This document shows, piece after piece, positions 57,062 through 64,000 of a stretch of 64,000 bases of DNA. Each line of letters opens with the position of its first letter. The first letter of the stretch is position 1. The stretch spans positions 372,001 through 436,000 of the forward strand of contig JBBPEB010000011.1 in assembly GCA_039096225.1 (NCBI GenBank). The letters run 5' to 3'. The DNA is from Blastocystis sp. Blastoise (taxonomy: Eukaryota > Protista > Bigyra: Opalinata). The notes below the pieces were generated by a model. The model was not told where the DNA came from and ran no database searches. It worked only from the letters and a program-made list of their open reading frames with translations. The translations under genes were made by a program, and so were the position numbers.

Positions 57062-58243
57062 TTAAAGTTCAGATACTTTAGCACCTTTTAAGACATCCTC
57101 TTCAGTTAAATGATAAAATGTATCCATTAAATTGACCTAAATAAATAATAATAAATAAATAAAAAAATAAATAATAATAATATATATATTTATAATTGTA
57201 CTCTTAAAGAACCAGGTCCTTTTGAAATTTTCTCTGCAAGTTCACTTGCTAAACCATAAATAGTGAAAGCCTATATATATTGTGATATAATTATATATAT
57301 ATATAATAGAAATAAAATAGCATTTAATAATAGTAATAAATGAAATAGATGATGTATAATAGATATACAGAAACAGTAGCAAGAAGAGGTTCAATTCCCG
57401 CGCCTACAAACGCGCCAACAACAGATGTTAACGCACAACCTGCAGCAGTGATACGAGTAGATAATATAGTACCATTATCAATTTTATAAGTATGGAATCC
57501 ATCAGTTACATAATCAGAAGCACCAGAAACACCAACAACACAATTATACTTGAGAGCTAACTGTTTAGCTATATATATATATTAAAATATATATTAATAA
57601 AATATAATAAATATAAAAAATACTATCAAATAATTAAACATAATAAACATAATAAATAGAAAAAACATACCAGGTTCAATAGCAGAATTAGAAGAATCGG
57701 TCGAATCAACTCCTTTACCTCCAGCACCAATACCAGCAAGAGCAATAATTTCTGAAGCATTTCCACGAATAACCGTGGGGGAGTAGGATAAAAGAGTAGA
57801 ACAAGCTTCATTTCTTAATTGAGTATTCAATTAAAGAAATATATAAGAAATTAATTGAGAAATTAATTCATAGGATCTAATTTTATTTAAAATAAATATA
57901 TAAATTAAAGTACTGTCAAATAATATAAATAAGGATATCTACAACCAGCACCAACAGGATCTAAAACCCATTGCTTATGAAGCTCGTTCACTTTTTCAAC
58001 AGCATGAACCATACTTTGAATATAATATCGGTCTAATGTACCAATATTACAAACAGTGTTATCAACCATAGCAACAGACTCTTGAACTTCTTCAAACGAA
58101 TCAGCCATAAATGGAGATGCTCCAATAGCAAGAAGAACATTAGCATTGATATCCATCGACACATAATTTGTAATGTTGTGGCATAATGGATTATGTTCAC
58201 GAAGCGTTGTCAGGCAATGTGCAATCTGCTCATTTAAACTCAT
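57062..58243 (-). CDS. thiM: Hydroxyethylthiazole kinase, copy 2, 5 exons
   Basis: [64 protein letters not shown]. Confidence 0.94.
57823..57938 (-). other. U12-type AT-AC intron in thiM copy 2
   Basis: Minus strand 5' ATATCCTTAT, branch-like TTCTTTAAT, 3' ATAC; removal gives DPVGAGCS|QLRNEA; same position and phase as in copy 1. Confidence 0.9.
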
Positions 58244-59042
58244 TACGAGATGATAGCCAAACGAAATACAATAGAAATCAATAAATAGATTTAAAAATCA
58301 TATCATCATTATTTTGATCCACAGATCGAATGGATTGGACAAACAACGTCATTCTATTTCGTAGTTTCCCTTTTCTTTTGTTTATTTTATTTATTATTTA
58401 AAATATAGTTTATAAATACTATTCGATTTATGTGGAAAATAATTCAAGTTCTATATCACTCTAATGGAATAAATACTAAATATGAATAGAGTAAAAAAAA
58501 GTGATGAATTATTGAATAATTCTCGTTTTATTGCTTTTTCTGACTCTAAAAACTAGTAACTATCTTATATATATATCCTCTTCATAGATCTATCATTGAG
58601 GATGATACATCTAGCAGTTTCTCAGTGAAAGTTGATTCTATATTTCTTTTTAATAAATTTATTAAACATGGTAAAACAAAAGGTAAAGCAACTATAAATG
58701 CTTTGTATATGTTTAAAAAGTGTTATTAAGGTTTTATTCTAAAACAAATATTTTTTCAACTTATTTTCATCTCATAACTGTTGTGTATTTTTTAAATGTG
58801 TATATACAAATATCAAATAAATGATTTTATAAAGAAAAACTATTACTAAACATTTTTTTCTAGAATATTTTTTTAAAGAAAAAACAGAAAAAATTTGAAA
58901 AAATCGACCACTTATATTTCCCAAAACACCAATCACAAAACGACTATAAATACAGTTTTAAATAATAATATCTTTAAAACTCTTCTATTATTTTATCATA
59001 AAATTAGAATTATTTACTTATTGAGTTTATAAAATATTAGTT

Positions 59043-60301
59043 ATGAATTGTCCTTCATACAAACTTTCTTCTGGTTATGAAATGCCTTCTTTTGGATTAG
59101 GGACATTTTTAAGTCAACCTAATGAAGTTCATGATATTGTTTATGAAGCTATAAAACTTGGATATCGACACATTGACACTGCATCTATTTATCGAAATGA
59201 AAGAGAAATTGGTCAAGCTATTAAAGAAGCTATTGATGATGGTTTTGTTAAAAGAGAGGAATTATTTATTACTACTAAATTACAGTATATATATATATGT
59301 TCTTTTCTTTTTTATGGTATATTAATTATTGATTATTTATCTATTAGTTCATCTGATTTTGATCCTAAGCGTGTTGCATTAGCTTTTGAACAAAGTAGAA
59401 AAGATCTTCAATTAGATTATATTGATTTATATCTAGTTCATTTTCCATTTGAACTTTCTATTCCACCAGAAGTTGAAGCTACACGTGACCCTAATTATTA
59501 CTATTCTATTCCTATTAGTATGGAAATTGATGATCAAACAAAAATGGGGTATAATACCTTTTATATATTTTTTTATAAATATTTTTATTAACATAAATAA
59601 TTAGTATATAAATATTTTTATATATAGTTGGAATGTAGATAGAATGACAAATACATGGAGAGAATTAGAAAAACTAGTTGAAAAGGGAGAAATACGTAGT
59701 TTAGGCGTAAGTAACTTTTCTCTAAAGAAATTAATAGAATTTATACCTCATTGTCACATAGTTCCTGCAGCTATTCAAGTATATATGTTATTTTATTATT
59801 TAATTATTATTATATGTTTATTATATATTTATTATATATTTATTATATATTTATTATATATTTATTATATATTTATTATATATTTATTATATATTTATTA
59901 TTATATTTATTATATATTTATTATATATTTATTATATATTTATTATATATTTATTATATATTTATTATTATGTTTATTATATATTTATTATATATTTATT
60001 ATATATTTATTATATTTATTATATATTTATTACATATTTATTACATATTTATTACATATTTATTACATATTTATTATTATATTTATTATATATTTATTAT
60101 ATATTTATAACAAAATAATAATAAAAAAATCATGTATAGGTAGAATTACATATTCAATTACAGCAATGGAAATTAATAGACTATTGTAAACAACATAATA
60201 TAATTGTTACCGCCTATTTTCCTCTTGGAAACCCTGGTATGCAAGCTACTTCGTATGCTATATATATATATATATTAATTATATATGATTATATATATAT
60301 A

Positions 60302-60338
<37 letters not shown>

Positions 60339-60657
60339 TTATATATAATTATATAGTGCCTGTGGTATAGTTCCTTTAAAGAATCCTTTCATAATAGAAA
60401 TAGCGGGAAAATATCATAAAACTCCTGCTCAAATATTACTTCGTTGGGCAGTTCAAAGAGGAACTATTGTCATTCCAAAGACAGTTCATAAAGAACGATT
60501 AATTGAAAATATGAATATATTTGATTTCACTTTAACTGAAGAAGAAATGAATGCTATTAAAGGAATAGATGAAGGAAAAAGAAGTTCTACTCTTCTTTTC
60601 TTATTACCTAATAATACTACTTTAGAAGAAATTTGGGATGGTGAGTATTGTAATTAA
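59043..60657 (+). CDS. Aldo-keto reductase (AKR1-like), multi-exon
   Basis: MPSFGLGT, GYRHIDTASIY, REELFITTKL, LDYIDLYLVHFP, LGVSNF, QVELH, KTPAQILLRWAVQRG, IPKT. Confidence 0.94.
59810..60108. repeat. 11-bp minisatellite (ATATTTATTAT) in an aldo-keto reductase intron
   Basis: Directly visible tandem units. Confidence 0.85.
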
Positions 60658-60907
60658 ATATTATTGTTTTATTTATGAAAATAAATGTTTTTGGAATTCT
60701 AAATAATTTTATATTTTAAAGTTTATTTATTCTATAAATAGAATGTATATATATATTGTTGGTTGTTGTATTGAATAATTCATAAATTATGAACTGAAAT
60801 AAAAAAATAACACAAAACAACGATTAAATATTTAGGCTAAATTCCAAAAAAAAAACAAAGTTCTTTTTTATAATTCTTTATTCATTTAAATGAAAATCAT
60901 TAAAGTT

Positions 60908-61187
60908 TTAATTATTAACAAATTCATTAAATAAAAGAATTCTAGAAATTACTTTATTTGTTTTTGTTGTAAAGAAGGAGATAAACCAGGTATACCTTTA
61001 TTCATTTGATTTCTAAGAGATGGAGGTACCCATTTTTCTTTCTTTTTTTCTTTATTTAATTCTCCATCTTTAGTCTCTTGTTTTCCACGAGGAGAAACAG
61101 CACGAATAGGATAGCTAAATAAATAGATATTAAATAGTTATATTTATTTTATTATTATGTTTATTATTATGTTTATTATTTTTATTA

Positions 61188-61268
<81 letters not shown>

Positions 61269-61569
61269 CAAATCAGGAACACGAGGACGACTAGTGACCG
61301 AAAGAAGACAGTCCTCTTTTTGATTATAGCTATACATATATATAATAAATAGAATAAAAAATAGAATAAAAAATAGATATATAATAAATAAATAAATATA
61401 TATATATATATTAAATATATAATAAATAAAAGTATACATTTGTTTACAGTTATATTTCAATATAGTCCAATTATTATCCACTTTCATTCTTAAGAAGGAA
61501 GTACAGAGATAAATATATTTACTAGAAGCAGACCAATATAAAGTACTTGTCGATTTATACTGACATCTA

Positions 61570-61654
<85 letters not shown>

Positions 61655-62160
61655 CATACCTAATAATTTCTTTTTATAGATATCATATATTTGAATATCA
61701 CCACTTAAATTACCAAATCCAGTTAAAGCAACATATCGAGAATGAGGAGACCACACTAAATCATTATAAATTCCCGCGGGAATAGCAAAATGAAGAGTAT
61801 TATCTTCATTATATACATAAGCAGTAGCTGGTCTTGTATTATATATACATATAAATTTATCTCCTTTTGGATTCCAACTACAAGCGGATAATGTTGCTTC
61901 AGGTCTAGATAAATTAACTGTAGTTCTAACATATAAATTAATATATAAAGGAGTGCAAGTACCATAATAACTACTACCTGTTTTATCTAGATCATTCTTT
62001 AATAAGCATATACATAATGTTCCTTCTTTATTAAAATGATATTCTATATATGTACTACGATGTTCATTATAGACATTAAAGGAACGTATATAATTATTGG
62101 ATCGTTTATATTGAAGTAAAGAAGAAGAAGATCCCTTTGCAGATGGGGTATATACTAAGA

Positions 62161-62207
<47 letters not shown>

Positions 62208-63157
62208 CAAAACATTGCTGGAAGAATAATATATATAATTATTATGATAATAATTAATATATATATACACAATTATCTTTAGAAACAGGAGACATTCCTA
62301 CAAAAGATCCCGCGGGGATTTTAATAAATGCTGTAGATGGAAGAGTTAAATCGTGACCATTATGAACAATACACTATATATATAAAATAATAATAATAAT
62401 AATAAATATATAATATTAATAATAATAAATAATATATATATAATAATACTCTTTCTGTAGTTTGTCTTGCAGCTAATTCTTCATCATCAGTCCATTGAAT
62501 ACAGGGCCATTTCTATATATATATATATATAATATGTAATAAACAAATAAATAAATATATAAATAAATATAATAATATACTTGTTTCGTCATAGTCTTTT
62601 GAATATAAGAAGTATGTAATTCTCCAGTAGCTAATGTATATACAAATAAATTATTATCTTTTCCATTAAATTTACTCCATAATAACAAGAATGTACTAAG
62701 TGGAGAAATATGAGTAAGATAGACACGTTCAATATTTAATGTATATTGAAGCTTATTTTCTTCAACATTAACAATATCAACTTTGGTAGGTGTTGTTAAA
62801 ATACAATATTGACCATTAGGACTCCAAGACACATCTTGCTATAAAAATATATTAAAATAACACATATTTTATATATGCATTTTATACCAAAATGAAAGCA
62901 ACAGAAAAAATATATAGAAAAGAAGACTAAAATGATATATAAATATATATATACATATTCACCATTTACAGGAAAAGATTCTTTCGTAATCTTATAGTCT
63001 TTATCACAAAAACTATTCAATTCAAGTTCATTCTTTCTTTGAACAAGAAATTGAATATCTGGTAAAGGAATAACCACTTTAGGAATAGTAACTAAACTCA
63101 TTTAAATGTATTATATTAATAATAATTACTTTTTGGTTCAGAGGTTGTTTCAGCCAT
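60908..63157 (-). CDS. EIF2A: Translation initiation factor eIF2A-like beta-propeller protein, multi-exon
   Basis: WSPNG, ISPLSTFL, WPCIQWTDDE, DKTGSSYYG, LVWSPHSRYVALTGFGNLSG, RMKVDN, WVPPSLR; 3' end uncertain. Confidence 0.82.
61572..61652. repeat. (TA)n tract making up nearly a whole eIF2A intron
   Basis: Intron 61571-61659 reads GTATGTA(AT)nAG on the minus strand. Confidence 0.9.
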
Positions 63158-63701
63158 TATTCTTCTTTACTTCTAAATAGAAATAGCTTACTTGTTGACA
63201 CAAAATTCAATAGAGAATTTCTTTTTTCTAAAAACCATGACTTTTTTTGAATCCAGATTATTTTATTTTATATAGTTTATAATTGACAATTTTCATGAAA
63301 ATAAAAAAGAATCGAAATCGTTTTTAATTTTTAGATTATACAATAATTCAGCATGAATTGATAATAGAGTCTATCAATAAAGCATGATCATCAATATTTT
63401 ATCAATTTCTTTCTTTCTTAGATGGCATTAATTGTCTAATCTGTCTTTAATGATCATAGAAATTGGTTTATTTTAGTTGCTGTATAATATATTCAAACAA
63501 AAAACTAGTTATACAACCCTTATATTATAAAATATGTGACAATTAGGAAATAAAATAGTAGCAGATGGCAGTAATAAAGAAAATAGAAGACTTTATGTAT
63601 ATAATTCATCACTAGATATGATCGTATATAATAAATAATACATAAAAAAAGTAATTAATTTTTGTTTCTAGAATTCATATTTATTACTTTTAAGATACAA
63701 T

Positions 63702-64000
63702 TTAATTCCAAGATTCAAGATCATCAGCCTTACAGAAAGGAGACTTCTTAGGGAACTTAGGTAATTTCTTACAGAATTTAGGAATAGGTTTTAATTCAGC
63801 ACATAATTTTTCAATACCTTTATTATATTCATAGACAGTTTCATTCTTAAGTTTTAATGAAGGAAGAGAAATAGGATCAAATATACGACGTGTACGACGG
63901 AAATAACGATTAAAAGCTTAGGGGATATATATTATGTAATAAATATATAAATATAATAAATAAATAATAATAATAATAATAATATATATATATATGCTTC
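63702..64000 (-). CDS. Last exon of a gene of unknown function that starts beyond the window
   Basis: Acceptor near 63918, then open frame FNRYFRRTRRIFDPISLPSLKLKNETVYEYNKGIEKLCAELKPIPKFCKKLPKFPKKSPFCKADDLESWN*. Confidence 0.6.

Noticed and set aside
56299-58450. TPP riboswitch upstream of or within the thiM genes
   Set aside because: I could not find the CTGAGA...ACCTGA...TAAT...GGGA core by eye; only short CCAAT and TGACG motifs. An Rfam scan would settle it.

Overview
This is a very AT-rich, intron-dense eukaryotic (protist) window, not prokaryotic. I reconstructed about 20 spliced protein-coding genes by hand from exon fragments. They are a C45 amidase, PIG-O-like GPI transferase, coiled-coil protein, Prune/PPX1, 2-oxoglutarate/malate carrier, AFG3-type m-AAA protease, WD40-coiled-coil-pseudokinase, NSF, Rab1, NOL8, DNMT2, a large ARM/PH/zinc-finger protein, USP39, NFU1, two tandem ThiM genes, an aldo-keto reductase, eIF2A and two partial unknowns. 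The overall style would fit a Blastocystis-like stramenopile, but that is inference only. The most striking signals concern splicing. (1) There are four clear minor-spliceosome (U12-type) AT-AC introns, two of them at the same position in tandem, bacterial-type standalone thiM genes. (2) Ordinary introns are typically bounded by self-complementary (TA)n tracts instead of a polypyrimidine tract and are inflated by (AAT)n/(AAAT)n arrays. (3) Six introns lack GT or AG, and in each the deviant end copies the exon across the junction, which probably reflects RNA-read polishing but deserves a check. Most long low-complexity ORFs in the supplied track are microsatellite artefacts. Gene start and end coordinates are manual and approximate.
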